IMG/VR virus record: IMGVR_UViG_3300009011_000002
Location: 162,774 to 226,773 of that record
Reading direction: 5' to 3' (one strand)
DNA length: 64,000 bases
The first letter of the stretch is position 1. Each line of letters starts with the position of its first letter. A program made the translations under genes and the position numbers. The notes under the pieces are model-generated. The model did no database searches. It had not been told where the DNA came from and was given only the letters and a program-made list of their open reading frames with translations. Of this stretch, positions 8,869-17,065 are shown in pieces.

Positions 8869-9078
8869 TTACTGAATAATGCTTACAGTAACTTGGATCA
8901 ACGGGCCATCTTTACTCAGCTTATTGGAGAGCCGGGTAATAGCCTGGCGCTGTTCGTCAGAGAACGCACGGAGACTGCTGAACACGTTCGTGGTGAGCAC
9001 GTGATTTCCGAGTGTAAATAACACATGTTTCTTGGCGTCATAGCCGGCTTTACGAGCAAGACCGAGAAGACCGCTCAT
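8869..9078 (-). CDS. hypothetical protein
   Basis: 69 aa, coupled. Confidence 0.65.
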   Translation of the reverse strand: MSGLLGLARKAGYDAKKHVLFTLGNHVLTTNVFSSLRAFSDEQRQAITRLSNKLSKDGPLIQVTVSIIQ

Positions 9079-9245
9079 TAGTCGATCGTCCAGCGGGGGT
9101 TCTTGATGTAGACCGACTGGATGGTGCCTTTCTTTAGGCGTTGTTGCAGACGTTCAGCAGCGGCTTTGGATTCCTCCACCATGGCGAGAGGACCGCTGTG
9201 GGAGAGACGGTGTGCATCCACGAACATCAAGTACTTGCTTTCCAT
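9078..9245 (-). CDS. hypothetical protein
   Basis: Start moved to MESKYL (9245), which has an AAGGA RBS. Confidence 0.6.
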   Translation of the reverse strand: MESKYLMFVDAHRLSHSGPLAMVEESKAAAERLQQRLKKGTIQSVYIKNPRWTID

Positions 9246-9249
9246 GGTG

Positions 9250-9585
9250 TTACTTCCTTTTGATTTTGACGATGTAAGGTGAAGACGGCGACGAAGAGAG
9301 TGGGACAGTTTCAAATTCCCGACCTTCGAAAACAGCTGCATTACGTTCAACAACGCTTCGCGTAGCTTCGGTGACAGCCTGAGCGAAGGCAGCTTTGGTA
9401 TAGGTTGCACGAGGACCTCCGTTGTCAATCCAGTGGGGTGGAAGATCGACATGAGGGGCAAGGGCCTCTACAAACTTTTTGGCGTCGGCTTTGTCGATCT
9501 CTTGTGCCCGCCATTGCAACCAGTCCAGGTTGATTACGTATGGACTGACGTCAACTGCGTGGAGCAGGGGTGGTGGTATTTGCAT
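9250..9585 (-). CDS. hypothetical protein
   Basis: 111 aa, AGGAGG RBS. Confidence 0.75.
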   Translation of the reverse strand: MQIPPPLLHAVDVSPYVINLDWLQWRAQEIDKADAKKFVEALAPHVDLPPHWIDNGGPRATYTKAAFAQAVTEATRSVVERNAAVFEGREFETVPLSSSPSSPYIVKIKRK

Positions 9586-9593
9586 AAGACCTC

Positions 9594-9872
9594 CTAGATC
9601 TCGTTGACCGTAAACTCCAAGGTCTCCGAGAAGCTCATACCGTTCATGAAATCTTCCCCGATCTCGGCTTTGGTGATAAAGCCGTTCTCGACAGTAATAT
9701 GGTACTCGTGGTCGGAGATAGTTGGGTGCTTACGGATGACCACCACCTTAGGCCCGCCCACAACACCCAAGACCTTTTCCAAGGCATAGGTGTCAATCGG
9801 TTTACCGACGGCAGCGGCTTTAGGACGATACATCCAGTCGTTCTTGTAACGGTAGAAGTGAATCATGGTCAA
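9594..9872 (-). CDS. hypothetical protein
   Basis: 92 aa tiling ORF. Confidence 0.7.
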   Translation of the reverse strand: MTMIHFYRYKNDWMYRPKAAAVGKPIDTYALEKVLGVVGGPKVVVIRKHPTISDHEYHITVENGFITKAEIGEDFMNGMSFSETLEFTVNEI

Positions 9873-10225
9873 TCCTTGGGGTAAGCGTTGGGATACTTGC
9901 TGTCGTCCTCGTCTTCGATTTCAACCGCCCAACGATGGGTAACCATTTCCAGTGCCAAAGGATCTACAACACCACCCATCTCTTTGGCCACTTCCGTAAG
10001 CAAGGTGGGGTGGTAGTTGTGGTCACCCATTAAGCAACCGCCGACCCTTTTCTCTACTTTCCTTAGTACATCGTCGGGATCGATGTTTTCTACCCGACCG
10101 TCGGGATGGAGGGCATACACGCTGTACCACTTGCAGTAGTTCTCCATGGTCACAATAGGTCGACCTTCCGGGTCAATCTCTTGAGCCAGCAATGGAATAC
10201 CGCGGTGACTTACGTACTTGGCCAT
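9869..10225 (-). CDS. hypothetical protein
   Basis: 118 aa tiling ORF. Confidence 0.75.
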   Translation of the reverse strand: MAKYVSHRGIPLLAQEIDPEGRPIVTMENYCKWYSVYALHPDGRVENIDPDDVLRKVEKRVGGCLMGDHNYHPTLLTEVAKEMGGVVDPLALEMVTHRWAVEIEDEDDSKYPNAYPKD

Positions 10226-10617
10226 ACCTTGCCCTTTAGTCGGTTGTTGTCCGTAATGGAAAGAACTTCAATTTTCAAGTCATTCATCAGGGTGCAATGA
10301 TCGTTGTCGATTTTCGTGGCAACATACACATAGGTCTGACCGTGTAGAATGCCCTTTAAATCACCATCCACCCAACGCTTGTTAATGACATGAACAACCT
10401 CACCTACATACTTGCCTTCACTGTAAGAGAATCGACAGTGGATGTCTACGGTGTGGTCTTTATAGGGAAGATCATACACGACACATAGCGCCTGGCAGGT
10501 ACGCCAGAAACCAAAAGTGAGTGCTTCTTCGTAAGAAATCTGGCGATTGCGTCTAAGGTACAGCGTGGCTATCCTTACCGACATCGCCGGATGAGGGTTA
10601 AAGTGGGCTGGGTCCAT
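10210..10617 (-). CDS. hypothetical protein
   Basis: 135 aa, coupled to RNase H. Confidence 0.65.
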   Translation of the reverse strand: MDPAHFNPHPAMSVRIATLYLRRNRQISYEEALTFGFWRTCQALCVVYDLPYKDHTVDIHCRFSYSEGKYVGEVVHVINKRWVDGDLKGILHGQTYVYVATKIDNDHCTLMNDLKIEVLSITDNNRLKGKVWPST

Positions 10618-11138
10618 TAAGCAACCTTCTTGTATTCTTCGTCATGGACGGTAGGGTTACCGGCCGCTTCCTTGGCAAGCTTATCGGCTAGCTCGTTATC
10701 GGGAATACCCGCGTGGGCTTTAACCTTGATAAACGTCACCTTGTTCACCGCCAGCAGTTCGTGCATGATCCGCCACAGATCTTGGTTCTTGATCGGCTGT
10801 TGGGTCTTCCACGAAATGTAACCACTTCGGTTCCAACCCTTCAACCATTTGGTCGAACAGTCAATTGTGTACTGCGAGTCTGTGTAGATCTCGAAATGTT
10901 TACCCGGGCCGAATTCTTCCAGTGTCGCAATAACCCCCATGATTTCCATACGGTTATTGGTCGTCAAGTAGTAGCCCTTAGAGAGTGTGACCATCAGGTC
11001 TCCGCATCTCACTACCGACGCATAGCCCCCAGGACCGGGGTTGTTCAAGGCGCTACCATCCGTGTGCGCCTTGATTACGACTGGAGGCGTTTTACTCTTC
11101 GCCGCCTTTTTGGCCATCAGTTTCTCCTCGCGGGTCAA
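10617..11138 (-). CDS. rnhA: ribonuclease HI
   Basis: TDGSALNNPGPGG, TTNNRMEI, YTDSQY, KNQDLW, VKAHAG, NELADKLA: complete RNase HI motif set. Confidence 0.95.
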   Translation of the reverse strand: MTREEKLMAKKAAKSKTPPVVIKAHTDGSALNNPGPGGYASVVRCGDLMVTLSKGYYLTTNNRMEIMGVIATLEEFGPGKHFEIYTDSQYTIDCSTKWLKGWNRSGYISWKTQQPIKNQDLWRIMHELLAVNKVTFIKVKAHAGIPDNELADKLAKEAAGNPTVHDEEYKKVA

Positions 11139-12138
11139 AGTGCCCCATACGTTCCATCGCCTCGATAACTTTCATACGAGACTGAATGGAGTCAATAACG
11201 AACTGCGCTTGACTTCGGGTGAAGTCACAGATCGGACAGCCATCCGCAACCATGTTGAGAATTTCATTTTGGAAAGTCTCATCAAACTTACGGTCAACTT
11301 CGACGCTGATATAACTCTTGTGCGAATCGACACAATAAATACCGTCGCCAGTGTGGTAAAAGTAGTAGAAGGTGTCTGGGGTATCAATCCGACAAAATTG
11401 GAACTGGTCCCATACTTGGAACTGGATCGGCTTGAAGCGCATGTCATTCCAGTGGCCCTTCAGCAACAGGATGCCAGTTTGACAGTCAACACTGATGCCA
11501 TTCAGAAATGCACGCAACAGGATCAACTTCCCACCTTGTGCGACGAGGTGAGAGTTCTTCAACTCACTCGTCTGAATGTCAATGCCGTACACGGAGTACA
11601 GGGAGGAGTCGTAGATCGAACTGCTGCGAATGTAAACATCCGCGACACTGTCCGTCTCCGTCCCATCCATATTGCGATCGGACTCAGCTGGCAGCCGGGT
11701 GTTTTCCAGGTGGGTAGATTCCAAGTGGGCACTCTCCACATCCCGGGAGAAGATATTGGACCACTCCTTGTTGAACCCGATGTAGGAATCCCGCATGTAG
11801 CAGTTGGTCACATTGGCGTGGACGATGGTGTTGTTCTCTCGCAGCTTGATACCGTCCACTGTGCTGTCGACGACAGTTAGGGTAGCGAGGTGGCGGTTAG
11901 CTTCAAAGTCCTTTGCATAGAGCCTGACAGAGCTCTTCCCATCGACAGTGAGCATCAGGGCCGTGTCGTTCACCGGAATACGGTAAATGTCGTCCCCGTT
12001 GACCGACGCATTACCCATGTGCTCTGTAAGCACTCCCTGGGCATTTGGAGCTACGTTGATCTGTTGAGGGATCAGGCGAACGCCGTCCATGTACACTTCG
12101 CTGTTGAATTCGAATTTCTCAGTCATGGCAAATCTCAT
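11092..12138 (-). CDS. hypothetical beta-solenoid-like protein (paralog of next gene)
   Basis: 348 aa with short beta-repeat character; C-terminal helix similar to the neighbour's. Confidence 0.75.
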   Translation of the reverse strand: MRFAMTEKFEFNSEVYMDGVRLIPQQINVAPNAQGVLTEHMGNASVNGDDIYRIPVNDTALMLTVDGKSSVRLYAKDFEANRHLATLTVVDSTVDGIKLRENNTIVHANVTNCYMRDSYIGFNKEWSNIFSRDVESAHLESTHLENTRLPAESDRNMDGTETDSVADVYIRSSSIYDSSLYSVYGIDIQTSELKNSHLVAQGGKLILLRAFLNGISVDCQTGILLLKGHWNDMRFKPIQFQVWDQFQFCRIDTPDTFYYFYHTGDGIYCVDSHKSYISVEVDRKFDETFQNEILNMVADGCPICDFTRSQAQFVIDSIQSRMKVIEAMERMGHFDPRGETDGQKGGEE

Positions 12139-12146
12139 ATAAGTTA

Positions 12147-12178
12147 AATACCCCAGCGGATAGCTCCGCCGGGGTATT
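12147..12178 (-). terminator. intergenic stem-loop
   Basis: AATACCCC.GCGGA-N4-TCCGC.GGGGTATT. Confidence 0.6.
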
Positions 12179-12189
12179 AATGGGGTTGG

Positions 12190-13677
12190 TTAATTGTCGA
12201 GCACGTCGTCCCAACGATCGAAACGACCTTCCACGGTACGTACGATCTCGGTAGCCGAGTCCAGGATGCGGATCATTTCCAGACGCGACATTACCGCATC
12301 TACCGCATACTTGATGATGCTTTGTGCCAGCGGGTTGTTGTCAGGTGCTGGGGCGATTTCTTCCCAGCGGTAAGCGCGGCCGGAGATCACTTCGGTGACC
12401 ACCTTCTCGATCGCTTCACGATCGTCGGTGAGCAGGATGCGCTTCGGTGTGCCGGTGAAGATATAGATATCCGCTTCGGTAGCCGAGGTACGACCCATGT
12501 GCAGTGTATCGGTCGGCAGGTCAACCTTGAGGAAGTTGAACTTGTTCTGCATGTTCAGCGCACGCTGGGAGATGTGCTCGCCGTTCAGGGAGAGGTTACG
12601 CAGGGTAACATGCCCTTCGCAATGCACCGACGCTTCGACTGCATTCACGCGTTCCAGGAAGACTGTGGAACCTTTGATCTCCGCATGATCGAGGTAACCC
12701 TCGACAACACGCAGGTAACGATCCGATACCAGCGTGGAGCCTGTCACCGTAACCTTCGAGTAGAACCCTTCCGGTACCTGAGAGTCGGCGATCTGCGAAC
12801 GGCGCAGACGCAGACGTTCGTGACGGTGACGTTTGAACTTGAATTCCTTGTCGGTAGTACCCCATGGCTTGAGCGACTGACGGCTTCCATACCGGTAACC
12901 CTGGTATTCACGCTGGGCACGAATGACGGACACATTCATCACCGAGTTCTTCACGTCAACGTTGTGCAGCTGGTTCTCACCCAGGAACAGGTTGTTCTCG
13001 CTGCTCGAGTTGATGAGCACCACTTCCGCTGGCATGGACGAACGACGGGAGACGTAGCAGTCGTAATCATCGCCATGACCCAGCTTGTTCAGTTCCATGA
13101 CCACGCTGGACTTGTCGTCGAGGTAGTAGGTCAGGGTAATGCCGTCAACAACGACGTAGTATTCGCTGATGGCGGTGTCGTCCAGGCCGTACAGGCTGAA
13201 TTCCATGCGCGGCTGTTGGATACCGGCATTGTCCTTCGCAGGGTCAACGATTCGGCCACGGTGGATCTTCAAACCAGTACGACTCGGCGCAATCTGCATG
13301 CTGTTGACCACCACGTAAGGCGGTTCCAGCATGGCGATGTCACGCTCGGTCAGAGCGACCTTGTCCGGGTAGATCTGCATGTACGGCTTGCCGTCACCGT
13401 TGAAGAGGTTTACTGCCTTCACGGGTTCAGCAGTCGTGTCATACGACCACGGTAAGCCAGTAAAGGCGGGATCGGTGCTGGTGACCAGGGTCTTTCCCTC
13501 GTGGTCCTTACCGACCTCTTTGATGGCAGGTTTAGCGGCACCTGCCTGGCTGGCGTTCTTGATCTTCTTGGCGACCATGGCTTCCACGGCTACCGGAACA
13601 TCGGCCTTGGCGATCAAGTCTTTGGTAACGTCCTTGACCACTTGATCTTTGTCTTTTACTGCAGTTTCTTTAGCCAC
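12190..13677 (-). CDS. hypothetical beta-solenoid-like protein
   Basis: 495 aa, GTG start directly after the ligase stop, AAGGAG RBS. Confidence 0.8.
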   Translation of the reverse strand: MAKETAVKDKDQVVKDVTKDLIAKADVPVAVEAMVAKKIKNASQAGAAKPAIKEVGKDHEGKTLVTSTDPAFTGLPWSYDTTAEPVKAVNLFNGDGKPYMQIYPDKVALTERDIAMLEPPYVVVNSMQIAPSRTGLKIHRGRIVDPAKDNAGIQQPRMEFSLYGLDDTAISEYYVVVDGITLTYYLDDKSSVVMELNKLGHGDDYDCYVSRRSSMPAEVVLINSSSENNLFLGENQLHNVDVKNSVMNVSVIRAQREYQGYRYGSRQSLKPWGTTDKEFKFKRHRHERLRLRRSQIADSQVPEGFYSKVTVTGSTLVSDRYLRVVEGYLDHAEIKGSTVFLERVNAVEASVHCEGHVTLRNLSLNGEHISQRALNMQNKFNFLKVDLPTDTLHMGRTSATEADIYIFTGTPKRILLTDDREAIEKVVTEVISGRAYRWEEIAPAPDNNPLAQSIIKYAVDAVMSRLEMIRILDSATEIVRTVEGRFDRWDDVLDN

Positions 13678-15654
13678 TTATGCCGCTCCTTGTTTGATGT
13701 GCTTGATGAGAGTGTCGATAGAATCGACTTGGGTTCCGCTCACTATACGGATACCCAGCTCAGCTGCTTTTAACAGTTTACTGTTACTAGGCTTCTCCCC
13801 CACGATGAGGAAGTCGCAGTCCTTACTAACGGTGTTTACCAGTTCAACCCCGTGGTGTTCGAAATACCGTGTCAACAGATCACGAGGTTGACCCAATTCA
13901 CCGGTAACGCAACCTTTGAGACCACTGCCCAGGAAAGCCATTGGAACCTCCTTGAGGGTGCTCAGTAACAAAAGGGCATTATCCCTCCAGTCGGGGTCTT
14001 TGGCTGTCTCGGCGATCGGAAGTGCTAAGCCCGCTGAGAACCCGGAGATCTTTACGATGTTGTCCACATCACCGAACCAATCCAGCAAGGCCGGTGAAGA
14101 ACCGGAACCCCACGCCACCGCCAGCTTACGCGCGCGGGTCAAACTGATGTTAGGTAAACCCAACGCACAGATGATTCGATCCAGTGGTTGTTCTTTGGCG
14201 CACTTAACCGAATCAAGGTTGCCATTGTTCAGCCACGGGTACTCGACAGCAAAGATATCCGCTGGGCGGTTGACATGACCCTGGTCGATCAAACGACCCA
14301 TGACAATTGGACCGATACCACGGATATCCAGACACCGTTTACCCACCATTGCCAAACACCGCATCAGAAGCTGTCCAGGACAGCCAGAGACGTTGTTACA
14401 GAAGAGGTCGGCGCTGGTCTTGGTAACGCGCAGTTCCAACACGGAACCGCAGTCAGGACACTCCGTAGGAGCTTCCAGCATCTTGCCTGTACCGTGATCA
14501 GCCACCACTGACACCTGAGGGATCACATCACCGTTACGGGTGATCACTACCTTGGAGTCTTCCCGTAGCCCTAACTCCATGAAGTTGCGGTAGTTGTGGA
14601 TCAAAGCCCGAGAACACCAAACCCCACCCAGCTTAATCGCTTGGTAGATACCGGTCGGTACCACACGCCCCACTTTGCTGGTCGCCCAGTCGATGCTCTC
14701 GAATGGCGTGGTCGCTTCGGCAAACGGGAACTTGTACGCTCGAGCTGAATGACTAAAGCGGTTGTTGTGACCCAGTTCAGCAACCACGTTCAGGTCGTTG
14801 TGCTTGATCACGATACCGTCGGATGGCCAGTGAATGTCTTCACGGTTCTCTTTGATATCTTCAATGTCGCAAGGTGGTGCGGGACGGAACCCTGCTTCTG
14901 ACCATTCCCCCAACAAGTGGCTGTACTCGGTTTGACCCAAGTTATTATCGCTCCAATAAATCCGGAACGACAACATCCCCAGTACAGCTTCGTCCTGGTT
15001 CTTCAACAACGCTCGTACCCAACCACTGACCGCATTACGTGGGTTAGCTTTCTCCTTGGTGGAAATCTCGTTGTACTGCCGGTAGTTCTCGTACGAGATA
15101 ACCCCCTCGCCACGAATCTCCATGTCAGCCGGCCAATGACTCGGGATATATTCTGGAATGGAGTCGTCAAACAACCGGATGGAATGAGTAACATCCTCGC
15201 CGTCCAACCCACTGCCCCGGGTAAACATCCCCACCCGTCGCCAGTTCTCATAACGAACGGATAAGGCTATGCCGTCCAACTTGACTTCGTACCAGTAGAA
15301 GGTATCGGGTGGAAACTTCTTCTGGAACTCTTCCACTTCTTCCATCGAGTAGACTTTCTTCAAGCTGATCATGGGTTGATCGAACTTGATAATCTTCAAG
15401 CCTTCGTTGGTAGGGGTGTGAATTGGCACAGGGCGCTGGTGAATGGCAAACAGTTCTGCCAAATCAGGACGGTGTTCCGCCAGCACATCCCAACGCTTCA
15501 CCAGATCGTCGTAAACGTGGTTAGGGATCTCTTGCCTGTCCTTATTAAAGAACAGATCCGCGTGGTAGGTGATCTGACGAGACAGGTTTTCCATCTCCTC
15601 GAAGATGACGTCCTGCTCGTCACTTTCGGTAGCGGGAGCAACTTGAAAGGCCAT
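13678..15654 (-). CDS. ligA: NAD+-dependent DNA ligase
   Basis: EVKLDG adenylation motif, TRGSG.DGEDVT, EIRGEG, NPRNA, DGIVIK, GDVIP, C4 zinc finger (CPDCG...C....C), C-terminal BRCT. Confidence 0.95.
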   Translation of the reverse strand: MAFQVAPATESDEQDVIFEEMENLSRQITYHADLFFNKDRQEIPNHVYDDLVKRWDVLAEHRPDLAELFAIHQRPVPIHTPTNEGLKIIKFDQPMISLKKVYSMEEVEEFQKKFPPDTFYWYEVKLDGIALSVRYENWRRVGMFTRGSGLDGEDVTHSIRLFDDSIPEYIPSHWPADMEIRGEGVISYENYRQYNEISTKEKANPRNAVSGWVRALLKNQDEAVLGMLSFRIYWSDNNLGQTEYSHLLGEWSEAGFRPAPPCDIEDIKENREDIHWPSDGIVIKHNDLNVVAELGHNNRFSHSARAYKFPFAEATTPFESIDWATSKVGRVVPTGIYQAIKLGGVWCSRALIHNYRNFMELGLREDSKVVITRNGDVIPQVSVVADHGTGKMLEAPTECPDCGSVLELRVTKTSADLFCNNVSGCPGQLLMRCLAMVGKRCLDIRGIGPIVMGRLIDQGHVNRPADIFAVEYPWLNNGNLDSVKCAKEQPLDRIICALGLPNISLTRARKLAVAWGSGSSPALLDWFGDVDNIVKISGFSAGLALPIAETAKDPDWRDNALLLLSTLKEVPMAFLGSGLKGCVTGELGQPRDLLTRYFEHHGVELVNTVSKDCDFLIVGEKPSNSKLLKAAELGIRIVSGTQVDSIDTLIKHIKQGAA

Positions 15655-15694
15655 AAGGTGCCTCTTTGAAATTTGAACTATCAGCTATAAGGCA

Positions 15695-15723
15695 AGCACT
15701 AGGGGGTTGCCCGCCCTAGTGCT
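15695..15723 (-). terminator. stem-loop closing the nucleotidyltransferase operon
   Basis: AGCACTAGGG...CCCTAGTGCT; GCAA loop on the minus strand. Confidence 0.6.
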
Positions 15724-15729
15724 CGAAGA

Positions 15730-16197
15730 TCATGCACAGACTTTGTTCTTTTCTGCCTGGAGGTCGTTCAGCAAACGGATGTCAATCAGGTCTTGATCTC
15801 GTTTGGCTTTTGGACGTTCAGGCTGGGCGTAACCACCCCGCTTCTGGATCATGAGGGTCAGCGGGTCGAAGATCTGAATACCTTCGACGTTGTGAATGCC
15901 GAAGTAGGTGTTACGCTTACGGATCCAGATCGGGGCTTCCTTGTCGTAATCCTCGCCGTGACCACTTTTGTACTGGAACGCTACGTCGACCATGGGGTGG
16001 ACAATGACATTCTGATGGGCGGCGATCTTGAGGAACGATTCCTCATTCAACCACAGGTTAATGTCCTGGGTATTTTCACGCAACTCCATTGCAACTAACG
16101 CACCCCCACCGCCGACGACCATGTGGTCGAAAGGAACCGCATGATCTTCGAAAAGAGTACGCAGTCTCAAAGCGATTTCATAAGAGCTTCTGATCAT
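15730..16197 (-). CDS. minimal nucleotidyltransferase-fold protein (degenerate DxD)
   Basis: VVGGGGAL...LRENTQDINLW and C-terminal K......R...RDQD pattern of DUF6036/AbiEii-like NTases. Confidence 0.65.
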   Translation of the reverse strand: MIRSSYEIALRLRTLFEDHAVPFDHMVVGGGGALVAMELRENTQDINLWLNEESFLKIAAHQNVIVHPMVDVAFQYKSGHGEDYDKEAPIWIRKRNTYFGIHNVEGIQIFDPLTLMIQKRGGYAQPERPKAKRDQDLIDIRLLNDLQAEKNKVCA

Positions 16198-16209
16198 TTC
16201 AAACCTTAC

Positions 16210-16650
16210 TCACGCCACGATCCGGGCGGTAAATCTGGATTGTTTAAGGATGTGTTCGAGTACCGCCACTTCGGCAAGATCGACCACACGTTTTTCTTCT
16301 TTACGGTTGGGGTGAGTTGCCAGGTAACGCTTTTGCGTTAACATGGACTGAGGGCTGTAAATCCAGACACCGTCCACGCAGACAATGCCTGTATCCTCGT
16401 CCAAGATGTGCAGGTCGATGTCTTCGGCGTATTCGATACGCTCTGCGAAGCCTTCTTCCAGCAATACCGTTCTGCTACCTGAAACCCAACGGAAGACTGG
16501 AGCCAATACATCAGCATCCAGATCTTCCGCTTCATCACGGACACCCATCATTACCAGCGCTGCTCCCGCACTCAGTACTACGTTGTGCGGGTCCTCCTTC
16601 AGCTCCTGAACAAGCGCATTGTAACGTGCAATCACTTGATCCTTTTTCAT
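16210..16650 (-). CDS. minimal nucleotidyltransferase-fold protein (intact DxD)
   Basis: LSAGAAL..MGVRDEAEDLDAD, later IDLH, C-terminal QK......R..KR..DL. Confidence 0.7.
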   Translation of the reverse strand: MKKDQVIARYNALVQELKEDPHNVVLSAGAALVMMGVRDEAEDLDADVLAPVFRWVSGSRTVLLEEGFAERIEYAEDIDLHILDEDTGIVCVDGVWIYSPQSMLTQKRYLATHPNRKEEKRVVDLAEVAVLEHILKQSRFTARIVA

Positions 16651-16684
16651 GATGAAATCCTGTTGTGTTAAGTGTTTTTTCTAG

Positions 16685-16948
16685 TTAATGCACCAACTGA
16701 GGCAAGTGGTAGACCATGTTCTCGATGCTGCGAGGGTCCGCCATTTGGTTCAGTACGGTGTACCCAACGGGCTGTGTGCCCGTAGCATCAAAATACACCA
16801 GTACTTGGTTCATGCCAGCGAAGTTCACGATGGCGGTTTGACCGTTAACAGGGTCAGCACTCCAGGTTACAGTAGCAGTACCTGGACCTTGTGCATCCGG
16901 GAAGAGGACGCCTTCTGCGTTTTGGTTCACTTGAAATTGAGTGTTCAT
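16685..16948 (-). CDS. hypothetical protein
   Basis: Start moved to MNTQFQ (16948); about 100 nt leader after the promoter. Confidence 0.65.
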   Translation of the reverse strand: MNTQFQVNQNAEGVLFPDAQGPGTATVTWSADPVNGQTAIVNFAGMNQVLVYFDATGTQPVGYTVLNQMADPRSIENMVYHLPQLVH

Positions 16949-17051
16949 ATATGTTCTCTTCTGGAATGCTTCATAACCATGGGATACACCAGTTCGAATA
17001 CAACCAAAAGAGTCAGAGAAATGAACACTCATCTCTCTGGACTCCACCGTA

Positions 17052-17064
17052 GTAATATAGGTTT
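17052..17064 (-). promoter_or_regulatory. early promoter
   Basis: Exact AAACCTATATTAC on the minus strand. Confidence 0.8.
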
Positions 17065-17065
17065 A

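Noticed and set aside
16975-17010. GTTCGAAT resembling a tRNA T-loop
   Set aside because: No T-stem, acceptor stem or anticodon arm could be built around it
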